This document shows positions 30,148 to 42,100 of a DNA stretch of 64,000 nucleotides, one piece after another. The notes under the pieces were generated by a model, which made no database searches, was not told the origin of the DNA, and saw only the letters and a list, made by a program, of their open reading frames with translations. Source of the stretch: the human T2T-CHM13v2.0 reference genome, Homo sapiens; NCBI RefSeq assembly GCF_009914755.1, contig NC_060927.1, one strand, 5' to 3'. Within the stretch, counting starts at the first letter, position 1, and the number at the start of each line of letters is the position of its first letter. The position numbers were made by a program, and so were the translations under genes.

Positions 30148-30606
30148 TGTAGCAGGACAAGCCTCAGACAAAACCCCTCAGACACCGAGTTAAAGAAGGA
30201 AGCGGTTTATTCGGCCAGGAGCATTGGCAAGACTCCTGTCTCAAGAGCCGAGCTCTCCAAGTGAGCAATTCCTGTCCCTTTTAACGGCTCACAACTCTAA
30301 GAGGGTCCACTTGAGAGTGTCGTGATCAATTGAGCAAGCAGCGGGTATGAGACTGGGGGCTGCATGCACCGGTAGTTAGATCGGAACAGAACAGGACAGG
30401 GATTTTCACAGTGCTTTACTATACAATGTCTGTAATCTATAGATAACATAACTGATTAGGTCAGGGGTCGATCTTTAACTACCAGGCCCAGGGTGTGGCG
30501 CTGGGCTGCCTGCTTGTGGATTTCATTTGTGCCTTTTAGTTTTTACTTCTTTCTTTGGAGGCAGAAATTGGGCATAAGACAATATGAGGGGTGGTCTCCT
30601 CCCTTA
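30148..30606 (-). mobile_element. HERV-E 5' LTR (LTR2 family)
   Basis: Direct repeat of 21828-22286; hand count about 31 substitutions plus two 3-bp indels. Confidence 0.93.
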
Positions 30607-30815
30607 ATAAAGCAGGGAGAAAAATGTGAAAAGGAGAGACTGACCTAGCCTCCTGGCCTACATCCTTCTCCTGTGCTGGATGCTTCCAACCCTTGAACAT
30701 CGGACTCCAAGTTCTTTAGTTCTGGAACTCAGACTGGCTTCCTTGCTCCTCAGCTTGCAGACAGCCCATTGGGGTACCCTGTGATCATGTGAGTTAATAC
30801 TTAGTAAACTCCCCT

Positions 30816-30945
30816 TTATAGATATATATTTTATATATATAATATATAATATTATTTTTTATTTTTCATATATATTATATATGAACTATAAATAAAAATA
30901 TATATTTCATATATCCTATATTTTTCATATATTATATATATATTC
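30816..30945. repeat. AT-rich (TA)n low-complexity expansion inside MLT2A
   Basis: About 130 bp of degenerate TA repeats. Confidence 0.85.
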
Positions 30946-31621
30946 TATTAGTTCTGTCCCCCTAGAGAACCCTGACTAATACATTACTAAAATTTATCAT
31001 AGTTATATAGTTAAATAGAAATATGTCTGTGTTCTTTGGCTCATTGGTACTTTGAGTTTCAAGAAACATAGGGGTATATATTTATGATAGGCTTGATAAA
31101 ATTGGCATAAGCTGTCAGTCTGATTGCAAAGTGAGGAATCCAAGGTTTATTTGATGGATTGTCAAAAATGTCAAATAATCACTGAAGAATTCTTGGCATG
31201 AATTTTATTTTTATTTTTTGGACTCAGCCATTAAAGAAAATGAAAATGGTCCCTTGCACTTTAGCAGCTCTTTATGATTTTCAGTACTTTGTGACAGATC
31301 ACTAATGAGTTCACCAAAGATGTTTCTGAGAAGCAGAAAAATAAGAGCCTCATTTAAAATAGAATACTTTGAGGCAGATAGTTAGGAATACATTGAGTGA
31401 GCAACAAGGTCTGGATGATTCCTGAGCACCTGTGCTCAGCAGGGAGTCCCAGAAGAGAACAAAGGGGAAATCTTGAGTCATCTCTCCTTCTTCAACCTTC
31501 TAGTAAGATGGGAATCAGGGGAAGGTGAGCATGAATGGAAGAAAGGGGCTTCTTGCCATTGAGAGACTAGCAGAGAAAAATTGTGGTTAGATGATAGTGT
31601 TGTTTCCATTTCTTTCAAAGC

Positions 31622-31698
31622 CTGACTTCACCACCATGCAATATATTCATGTAACACAATTACCCCTTAAATTTATACAAATAATAATAATAATAAAA
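31622..31698 (+). mobile_element. Tiny L1 3'-end stub with (AAT)n tail
   Basis: GACTTCACCACCATGCAATATATTCATGTAAC...TTAAATTTATACAAATAATAATAAT matches an L1MA/L1PB-type terminus. Confidence 0.7.
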
Positions 31699-33758
31699 CA
31701 AATTGGCAGAGTAGGGTAGATTTATGACCTTTTCACTGAACAACCCAAAATTCTGTTTTTATTTTAACTTGATCATGTGAATGCTTAATCTTCTGCTCCA
31801 GATATGGAGCACATGGGAGGGCATTGTCCTCTAACTGACCTTTCCCAAAATCGAATCCTGTCTAAAAGCTGTAACCTAAAACCCAGAATCATTGGCCTTA
31901 AAGAAGTTTTCCCAAGAGAATTAGACCATTCCTTTTTCATTTCTAAATGTATGTGCCTCATGCATGCATTCAGGAAGTGTGGTATCCTTGGCCTCAAGCC
32001 TCCCTGAATTTTAGGATACGTGTATAAGCAATAATCTCTCTGTTCCAACTTGATTGGAGCCTGAATCCAATCTCTCCTGAAATTAGTTTCAAATCCAAAT
32101 TCAATTAAAAACAGATGTTTCCAAGTAAACTGAAAAAAGTCTATAAAGAAAAGGCAGGCTCACTGCCTTGAGAATTGGTTGAATTCTCTAGGTACTTATA
32201 ATCATAAGGAAGAGAGAAATCAGAGTTGCTCCGGAGAGTTAGCTCTTCCTTTCACACTGAGCCATCCAAGTGCTCGGAAACAGTGTCTTTTAAGGAGGTG
32301 TGTTATTTGCCAGGCTAGACTTTTCTACCCGAGCCACTTTCTGATTTATTCCAGGTCAGGACAAATTTGAATCTTGGGTTAGGCACTTAATAATCCTTAT
32401 TGCTGAGAATTGATTTCTACATACAGCAGAAGGGACACATAAAAAAGAACTTATTTTCTAGAAGTACTGGCATATCAGGGATTCTTGCACGGAAAGTTTC
32501 ATTTAGCACATTTTTAAAAACTCCTTCTAAAGTTAGCCTGATGGCAATTCAGAAAACATTAGTGAGTTTTGGAAGGTTTTTTTTCCCCCATTGAAATCAA
32601 AACCCCATTAAGGAATGCACGGTGGGAAGAGGGAGAAGAAAGCTTACTTGTAGACAAATAATACCCATGAACTTTAATGCATTAAAATGGATTCATAAGT
32701 TTTTCAAAGATGAGAAACATGTGTCCAATTATTGTAAGATTCACCACTCCTTACAAATTCAGAGCAGACAGTCCTCATCTCCTTGTCTTAAAGTGCATAG
32801 GTCTATTTTCAGAATAATTTTTAGCATTAAGTCTGGGCCACCATTTGATTTTTAATCTCCTCTTTTATCCCTGGAATCTTGCATTCCTGGTGTACTTCAT
32901 CTTTTTTGTGTGTAATAATATCCTTCAGAAATCTTTGATGCATCAGTGAATTAAAAGAAAAAGAAATGAGATGTAAGTGCTTGCTCTATTTGTCATTTTT
33001 AATACGTTTTGAACTACTTGATTTATGATTAAGCATTTCTTGGGAGAGGAGAATGTTTAAGGTGGTATTTTGAGCTCCATTTAAAGCAATTTAGTTGTCA
33101 TCAGGCCTCCTCACCCCATAACCTTTGTAAGACCTTGCTTCATAACTTGGACCCAAACAATTGGCTTGTGTTTCAAGTAGACAAAGCCTTGTGGAAATGA
33201 TACTTGTTAAGTGTTTTTATTGGACATCTGGGTAAGAGTTAGCCTTTGTCAGACCAGTCACAAACTACAGCTAGCCTGACTCCAACACTCTTGGTGACAA
33301 TTTCTGTTCTTAGCAAACTCTTTCTAAACTTTATTTTAAATCAAGAATGAATGATATTATTTGTATTCATTTTCTCCTGCTTTCTGCTTTGGTTCCTGAT
33401 TCAGTGGCTAAGGTTAAAAATATTCACTCAATTTTCCCCTCATCTTTAGGTCAGATCTCTTCCCTTCATCCTGTGGGATCCTACCCTAGCATCAGGTGGA
33501 ATCTCTGTAGCCTATGTTTTGTTCATGCTCTGCCAGGATGCTGTGGCTCTGCTAAGAAGTGGCAGAGGGATTTCAGGTCCTGGAAGTACTAAGTTGAGCT
33601 CAGCCACCTTAAAAGATAACCAGGATTGTCTTCACTCTCACTGCCTCCTCTCAATGAATTATCTAAATCTAAACTAATATTAGATTACAGTAGCATACAA
33701 CCTCCTCAATGTCTATGTGATCAGATGAGAGACAGGAGAGGTTAGTACAATTTCACTC

Positions 33759-34158
33759 TCTTTCCTTTCTTTCCTTTCCTTCCTTCCTTCCTTCCTCTCT
33801 CTCCCTTCCTTCCTTCCTCTTTCTTTCTTTTTCTTTCTTTCTTTTTCTTTCTTTCTCTATTTATTTCTTTCTCTCTCTCTTTTTGTCTTGCTCTGTTGCC
33901 CAGGCTGGAGTGTAATGCTGCGATCTTCATTCACTGCAACCTCTGCCTCCTGGGTTCAAGTGATTAAGTGATTCTTCTGCCTCAGCCTCCCGAGTACTTG
34001 GGATTACAGGCGCCTGCCCAGCTAGTTTTTGTATTTTTAGTAGAGATGGAGTTTCACCATGTTGGTCAGGCTGGTCTCAAACTTTTGACCTCAGGTGATC
34101 CACCCACCTCAGCCTCCCAAAGTTCTGGGATTACAGGCAAAAACCACCACGCCCGGCC
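33759..34158 (-). mobile_element. AluS with A-tail converted to a compound (GAAA/GGAA/GA)n microsatellite
   Basis: Alu body about 33880-34158; polypyrimidine tract 33759-33883; TSD CAATT(T/C)CACTC at 33748-33758 and 34159-34169. Confidence 0.95.
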
Positions 34159-37100
34159 CAATTCCACTCCATTTCTTAATAGCAAAATTTACCTTATATT
34201 TTAAATAAATGAAAGCAGTGAAGGCAGTATCCCTTGGGTGATTGTCAGATAGAAAAGGCTGAGGGGCTCCATGCAGTATTTTTCATTGCTTGTATGGAAT
34301 GTTATACCTGGAGAACACTGCACAGCCAGAAAATTAATTCTAGAAATTCCTGGGCCAAAGGCAGAGTATCTATCTCAAATTTGGAGACAAGGCCAGGGAG
34401 TGGCTTGGCTCAATATGAAGCAAAAGCAAAATAAATAAACAAAAGGGAGTGGGAAGATGCTCAGAGTATTCAGAAGATGAATTTTCTTCTAGTTTAAAGT
34501 GAAAAAAAAAAAGTCTGTTTCCCCAAAGACAATGGATTCACCAGTGATCCAGGGAGCTGACAAGAGTAACACTTTGTCCAAGCATGTGATACCCTCCTTG
34601 TTATTTTTCTCCTAAAAGTTCTGGGGCTTTTTGATAAGTGTGAGAATTTTTAAGGTGTGCGACCTATGGAGGTGTTGATTGAACTCCTTTCAGTGAGGAT
34701 GCACACCAGAGATCTTATTAAATAAAGTTTTCATATTCACAAGCCCTTAACTTTGCCTAGATGTGACTTCAGAAAATTGAGATGCAAATGTCATCCCAGT
34801 CTATAGTGATAACAGTGTTTTAAAAAAGTTTTTTAGTTGACAAAGCAGTTTTACACATGACACCTGAGACTTGCTACTTTTTGGAGGAAAGGCACTTGGT
34901 GAATTCAAAGAGAGCACAGCCTGGTCTGTGCTTCACCAAGTCCCTGTCCTAGTAGCAACTGGAGAGCAACAAATATGAACAAATAGAGCCAAAGAATTCT
35001 GCTAGAACCAGCTTTGGCCTCTTTGCACCTCAATTTGCTAGTCAATAATGAAAATAACTGAATTAGGTCTTTTTTTTTTAATAGTCTTTCTGGCTTTAGA
35101 ATTCTTTGTCTATTCTCTATATTCAACTCAAGAGGTTTTTTTTTTAAATTTTTTTGTTTTAATTCCTTTGGTGTAGGATTTAAAGGAAAATAAGCAAGCC
35201 AGGGAACATGCGAGGAAGGCAAAGATAAGGAAAGGGAAACAACACTGAAAAAGAACTTGGAGAAGAACAAAAGGAAATAAGCTTATAGATAAGTAATGGG
35301 GTGAGAGAACTATGAGAATTGGATCAATTTCCTGTATCTCAGATTTAATATAGGGGGGAAAGACCTGATGATTTGCAGTGTAATTCTGTAAATCATGTCA
35401 GAATTAATAAGCCCTTTAATTTTTTTCCTTAAGAAGAACACACTAGGTGACTGCACAGTTCATTCCATAGTACAGGCAGAGGACACGACGACCCAATTTG
35501 GTGGTGGTGCTGGAAGGAGAGCCATTACCTGCTAATGAGGATGAATCCTAAAGCCTGCACTGCAGCCTCTGTCCATGGTGTGTTGAGGAACTTGCTGTGT
35601 TGATGCTTTTCTTGGTGAAGGGATGAGTTCTTGCCTTTTCTCCGTGCAGCACATTCATTCTATAACATGTTGCCCCAACCACAGGCATCGGTGACAGAAT
35701 AAAAAACATGTTTATCGTTAATGTTTTCTGCAACCGAAAAATTGTAGTTGATCTGAAAATCTGTAGAAATTACTATCTGAAAATCTGTAGAAATACTAAT
35801 CTGTAGTAAATTTAGTTTACTACAAAGTAAATTAAATTACTTTGCTGCCCAGAGCTTAGCAAATTGTAAAGTTTCTAACTTTATTCAATAGTGGTTCTTT
35901 TTTTTTTTTTTAATGTACAAAAAATCACCTAGATGTGTTTTGTATGACACCTTGGTCTCTTAAAGCAGACTCTGGTTGAATGTTGTTGCACATACTTTGT
36001 GTTGTAGGTAATTATAAAATGTCTTGTTTCCTATTGATATAAATAAAACATATTGATAAACTGTGGATTCAACACATTCTGGAAAAGATTGCAAGCATTT
36101 TTAAAGTGCAGGTGGCTGATGCAGAGTAGGTCCTTTACAAATGTTGGATGAAACGCTGCAGAGTGGACTTCAACCTGTGCAGGTAGGCATGGCTGGGAGG
36201 AGACCCCAGTGCAGACATTCCTCCTCAGGCCAGAGAGGTGAGGGAGCTGTGATGTAACTGTAACCACTTATCCAGAAAGTATGTCTCTGTTATGATGGTG
36301 TTTCACAGGCAGTTGCCCTGAACTCTTTGTTTGGAAAGAAACTGTATTAATCCTCAAGTCTGTCAGATGCTGCCCAGAGCTTAGCAAGTCATAAAGGCAG
36401 CTCTTGCATCTTCTTTGCTTATGAAAATCACACCTTGATACAATCCTTCATTGGCATGGCAGCTTTTTCAGTAGTGTTCCTATTAGCTTATGCAAGAGGG
36501 ATGGGTAGTTGGATGATTAATTGAAAAGTTAAATAAACTGAAGAGTCATTTTTTAAAATCCTAATACATAATATATACTATAAACATTTATTTTAACTTA
36601 AAATAATAAATTGTATATTCACTTAAGAATAATTTGATGGGGAAGGCAAAGTCTTTCCTTGGAGTCTAGGTCTGATATTGGAGTTGTCTTTCATAAACCA
36701 CATTTACAATACATCATTTACAATTTCCGGTTTTTGATTTCTTTAAAGTTACAGTTTTGTTAGAGTAGAGTAGGAACTTAAAGACACTCGTAATCTGAGA
36801 ACAGAGGCCTCTAGATTATAATTATTATTTTCTCCTGACCTTACAGTTGTTTCACTGACACATAATTCAAGAATACTTTTAGGAGCTCCCTTTTGTCAAG
36901 CCTTTCCAAAGGAAACATCTTAATTTTTCATAAACAGTCTCTCCCTTTACACTCATATTTCATTGCCTCACACAATTTTTAGTTAAATTATTTAAATATA
37001 TTAAGTCCAACAGGGCATACACAGGGTTGAGATCAAGCACAACTGATTCTTGGTAAACTTACAACCTAATTGGCCAGAGTAGAAGCACACAAGCTCCAGA

Positions 37101-37379
37101 AAGCCTGCTCTCTGCTGGCCCTTGGGGTACTAGCGGCAAGCAGAAGGGAGAACTGCGGAGGGCATGAAGGAGACAATTCATCTGCAGAATTTGTAAGTGG
37201 GGGTCGGTTAAGCAGCTTCTACTCTAATAAATTCTTACTATGTATTGTGCAATCTGCTAGTCCCTAATTGAGGAACAAAGATAGAAGTACAGTTGCTGCC
37301 AAGTATTGTGTGCAGTAGAGGCTGTCGGCACAGAGGAGGAGAAATCCCTTATGGCTGAAATGAGCAACCAGAAGCAAGC

Positions 37380-37808
37380 TGTTTTGGACTGAATTGTGTC
37401 CCTCCAAAAGTTCATGTATTGAAGTTCTAATCCCTAGTACCTCACATTGTAACCACAGTTGGAGGCAGGGATTTTAGAGAGGTAGTTCAATTAAAATGAA
37501 GTTATTTGGTGGGGGGAGGGGGGGGCCTCATTCAATATGACTGGTCTTCTTATAAGAAGATAAAATTTGGACACAGACATCGACAAAAGGAGGACCAAGT
37601 GAAAACACAGAGAGAAAATGGCCATCTGCAAGGCAAGGAGAGAAGCCTGAAACATAGCCTCCCTCACAGCCCTTAGAAGGAACAAAACTTGCCTGCCGAC
37701 ACCTTGATCTTGGGCTTCCAGCTTCCAGAACTATGAAAAATTAATTTCTATTGTTTAAGCCACGCAGTCTATCGTACTTTGTTACAGCATCCCTAACAAA
37801 AGACTACA
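37380..37808 (+). mobile_element. MLT1B-like MaLR solo LTR
   Basis: TGTTTTGGACTGAATTGTGTCCC...GACACCTTGATCTTGG...TTTAAGCCAC...ACA; degenerate TSD CAAGC/GAAGC. Confidence 0.88.
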
Positions 37809-37809
37809 G

Positions 37810-38120
37810 AAGCCTTCAAGGAGTGGGGAGTATTTGAGGTGGGATTTAAAAGATGGGTAATTTATCAGTAGCCCAAGATGAGAGGAAGGAAATTAGAGGC
37901 AGATGGAAGAGTCAGAACAAAGACTGAGAAGTGGGCCAGTATTTGAAATATAAAAAACAGACCGTTTGGCTGGAGGAGAGAGCCCATGTAGGAAAGGAAT
38001 GGAAGAATAGGCTAGAAGAGGTAGGTCAGATCCGCATATCCTTGAGGGCCATCTGTGGGCAGTGAGGAGTCACTGAAGGCTTTGGAGCAGTGATACAATC
38101 AAAGCAGCATTTTGGAGACA
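37810..38120 (-). mobile_element. L2 fragment
   Basis: Purine-rich L2-like sequence (GTTTGGCTGGAG; GAGGTAGG; GAGTCACTGAAGG). Confidence 0.5.
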
Positions 38121-38167
38121 TTGTCTCACATAGAGCTGTCAGGGAAGGCTGTCTGCTACGTGCTGGA

Positions 38168-38202
38168 GTCCTTTATAGCTGTCCTTTATAGCTGTCCTTT
38201 AT
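38168..38202. repeat. 13-bp tandem repeat (GTCCTTTATAGCT) x2.7
   Basis: Directly visible. Confidence 0.9.
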
Positions 38203-38979
38203 GGTAACGTGACTTTGTCTGGCTCCCTGGCATGGCTGACGATACTGCAAGGTGATGGGTGGGAGAGGGTCAGGACTCGCTGCGGCAGAACCATAAGAAA
38301 GCATGACTGCCTTACTAAACTTCCAAACTTCCATCCTGCCCTCCCCTCCAAAGACAGGCTTAACAGACTTCTTAACATTATTTGCTTCTTAGTCGAGCAG
38401 GGAGTGGACAATGTGAGTGGCAGAATTCAGGAAGTATGCTTGGCTCTGGGCTTCTTTCAAAAGTCCCAGCCAAACCATGAGTGAAGACCTAGGCTTCAGT
38501 TCACCTGTGGGTTGATGTGACGTTTCTCATATTGAGGTGTTAAAGTTGAAACAGTGTATTATCTTGCATGCAAGGTAGAAAATAAAGTTCCATTTCTTGC
38601 ACATCTAAGTTTATGGACAATATTCCCACCTGCTACATTTTTATAAGGAATTTAGAATTTCAGCTTAATTGGGGTTATTCGGGGGTAGTTCTGGGCAGGG
38701 ACTTGTTTTGGCAAACAGATTTTGTGTCTTTTATTCAAGCAGTTTGTTTTTTTGTTGTTTAGAGCTCAAGGAAATCAAGAAGAAGAGAAGATCCTCTTTA
38801 AATTAGAGTTGAAAGCAGAAGGCTCTCCTAGAGGGCCCATGAAATTATTGATATTTAATAAATATTTTTGAATGAAAGCAGTAATGGCCATTTCCACAGT
38901 TTTTGATAATGCTTGCAGCCAGTGGCATTAGACGAGGTTTCTCAGACATCCATTGTCACTAACTATTCTACAGCCTTGT

Positions 38980-39122
38980 GACATTTTTTAAATGACTGCC
39001 CAGAAAAGGCCCTACCAGGAGAAATTATGATTCAGCAGGTCTGGGATAAGACCTGGCTGTATCTACTTACAAAAAAATTCTAGTGATGACTTTGACATAT
39101 ACTTAGGGCTGAGAAATCACTG
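38980..39122. mobile_element. MER5-like hAT-Charlie relic
   Basis: TGATTCAGCAGGTCTGGGAT...GGCTGAGAAATCACTG. Confidence 0.55.
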
Positions 39123-42100
39123 ACGACATGCAACGTTTTAGACTTTTATAACAGTTCTGAGAGCAAGATTATATTTGATACCAAATAATTTTATACTTTA
39201 ATCCTTATGATTCTAATTTTAAATGCTTTTTTGGCTTATCTTGGTAAAAGTCATTGCCAATCCAGGATTCATACTAGTGACTTCCAAATGACCACTTCTG
39301 GTTTTGGCTGTAAATTAAAGCCTTCTCTTCCTTTTGATTCCTTCAACCTCTAAACAACAAACAAACAAACAACCTGAATAAAAGATATAAAATCTCTTTG
39401 CCAAAACAAGTCCTTGCCCAGAACCACCCCAACTAACCCCAATTAAGCCAAAATTCTAAACTCCTTATAAAAATGTAGTAGGTGAGAATATTGTCCATAC
39501 ACTTATGTGTGGAAGAAATGGACATTTATTTTCCTGTAAGTCAATTTCTATTTCAAGCTCCCATTCCAATAGGTGATAAAATCTTAGTTTTAGTCAATAA
39601 TGAGTATCTTCTACCTATCTCCTAGGGATTGCTGTAAGTTATTGGGAATTTAAATTATAGTAAGTCAAGGAGGTGGGGGTGCACAGGAGGGTGTTCCATC
39701 TCATCTGGATTATCATTTTTCCTGCTGGCATCCACTGAAATGTCCTCATTCCCATTTGATCCTTATTGCTATGTCATACCTCACACCCCAGTGCAAGTCT
39801 TTGGGTCTCCACTAATTTCCACGCATTTCCAAGACACAAGAGACTGAGCCTGCTCCTCCCACCCTGTCCTGTGCAGGGCTAAACTATGTGGTCACCTCTG
39901 GCAAATTTATGTTGACACAAGAGGCAGTCACCTCTACTCTGAGATATTGCTACTCCCCAGGCTTTTCCCAGGAAAGAGAGATGGGTCTCCTCTTTTATCA
40001 GGTCTCCAAGGCTCTGTGTGTTTGCAACTGCAGGCTCCCTCTGTTAAGGCCCCCAGCATCTACTCACTCCTTGCTGCTCCTTCCTCTGCTATGGGGAGTA
40101 TTTCCTAATCTCTGGGGCAGCAAGTCTTGCACTTATACAACCAAGCATCCTCACAGATTTTTCATACTGTTTATGCACAAGCGTCTTTTCAGTTTTCCTT
40201 CAAAGGTTAGACTTTTGAAAAATCAGAGAACATGCTTTGATTTTCTCTTTTAGGCACCATCACTTGTTCCCGGACGCAGTAAGGCACTCAGCTGAAAGCG
40301 TGTGGATAACACTAAGGAGTAATGGGAATAGAAGGTTAAACCTTCTCTGAAATGCATTTGATTTAGCCTTGGCTGAAATTGTGACCAAAGCTAGAGGATC
40401 ACAAACTTCAGCACTCAGTTTCATGGCTAATTTTGAAGAATGGGAGACTATTGGCATAGGAATTGGTGAATATGAAGGACTGAGTCAGCCAGAAATTCTT
40501 AATATATAATAGTGAAATACAAGAAGATTATTTTAAACACACTAAGAATATAAACAGCAAGATTAGGATGAAGGTCTCTTTTCTTCATGTTTATATTTCT
40601 TCTGTTTCTTGTCATAAAATTATTCCCTAACTGGTTTGCAGTAATTTCCTTGGAGAAGTACTGACTTTAAACTTTTATTGTTATCTTCTATGGACTATAA
40701 GTTTAATCTTAGAGACATGCTTGCTTGGAATGGGAAATTGCATTTACTCACTGTAAGTTTGTGAAAGGAAATTGAATTTGATAGAATTTTATTGCTGGAA
40801 ATCAAGTCACTCACCTAAACATGTAATGTACACACCAGCTCTGTGTCCTCTCTAACTTCATTCTGTTATTTTACTCTTACATAAAGGTCTTGACTTCATT
40901 TAGTTAAAAAGTATCCAGCCCATCATTTAGCTTTTTCCTTGTAATCGTGTTGGAAAAACTCTGAGATTTAACAGAAATAGTTTTAAAGAACAATATGCAT
41001 TTAAGTTTTTCTCTACTAGTGAAAAAAAGGAAATACCAAGGACAGGGGGAAAACATTGATTAATACTTCACACTGTTATTCTGCCACAAAAGCTTAAATA
41101 TCTTTCTAACATGTCTTAGTGGCAAAAACACAACTTCAGAATTGTGCCGTTAATGGGAACATGAAAAAGCCACAGAAAAGCTGAGGAATTAGGACATGGA
41201 CATAGTCAGTTTCTCAGGTTTAAAGTGCCCAGTTCTGTCTTGGTACTCAGGGTGATACTACTATAGAAGAAATTGGTAAAATCCATTCACATAAATGCAT
41301 TGGTCATGACCTACTTGTCTCCTCCACTGTTACATAAGATTTATGGAGGCTGAGATTTTGTCTATTTGTTGGATCCCAGGATATCCTATAGAAGCATGGT
41401 AGGCAGTCAATTAATATTTGTTAAAATAAAATTTAAAAAAAGAATGAATAGCTTCTCCCAGGAGTCTGGGTAGACTTTCACTCTATATTTTTTAACATGC
41501 TGTAGAAAAATGGCAAGTCTTTGTGTGAAGGTGTTAAAGTGGTTGGCATGCCAACATTAACCATGGCTGTCCTTAGAGCAAGAGCCCTTCCCTAGATTCC
41601 TGAAACCACACACCTCGTTGGTCTGATACAGGAATTCTATGGAAAGCTCGCTTTGTGTCTGCACATTTTTTAGTAGGTGAGCTGCATCCCTCTGTCTAGT
41701 GGGACACACTTGCATATTCACAAATGGGTATTTTCCTGCGAGTAGTTTACGTAGTTTTGTCATATGAATGGTTAGTGAATTATGTGGATGAGGCCTGGAG
41801 GAAAAGGAGAAAGAAAACATCCAAACCACTTTCACTTGGCAGTATATCTCCACAAGGTAACACATCTGCCGGGGCTTGAAGAAGGTGGAGACACAGCTGT
41901 GTTGGGTCACTGTGAAAGGACATGATTCTACCTTCATGTCTTCATGTCCTTCCTTCCATTACCCTATCATTGCTCCTGAGCCTCTCTGGCCTAATTCTGA
42001 ACTGACAAGTTTAAAATTTATTCTTTATATTTTTAAATGTTTAAGACGTATGCAAAGAATAAAAGTAACTCTACCCTCCCTTTTCATTGTACTGCAGCTC

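Larger units (their letters stand above)
21828..30606 (-). mobile_element. HERV-E full-length provirus (8779 bp), coding-defective
   Basis: Two 459-bp LTRs, 4-bp TSD ATAA (21824-21827 and 30607-30610), tRNA-Glu PBS, gammaretroviral gag/pro/pol/env motifs in the correct order. Confidence 0.96.
21661..30983 (+). mobile_element. MLT2A (HERV-L) solo LTR split into 21661-21827 and 30607-30983 by HERV-E
   Basis: Starts TGTGATGATTAATACTGAGTGTCAACTTGATTG, resumes AAAGCAGG...GAGAGACTG and ends TAGAGAACCCTGACTAATACA; exact 5-bp TSD TTACT at 21656-21660 and 30984-30988. Confidence 0.92.

Noticed and set aside
29571-30152. 193-aa antisense ORF over the HERV-E leader (HBZ-like idea)
   Set aside because: Non-ATG start; openness is explained by the low-complexity CAAAAC leader repeats; no recognisable domain
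30124-30153. Identification as the kidney-cancer CT-RCC HERV-E, source of the peptide ATFLGSLTWK
   Set aside because: The homologous minus-strand sequence reads GCT ACA TTT CTT GGT TCC CTG ACC TAG AAG = ATFLGSLT*K, with a stop at the Trp position, so this looks like a different copy
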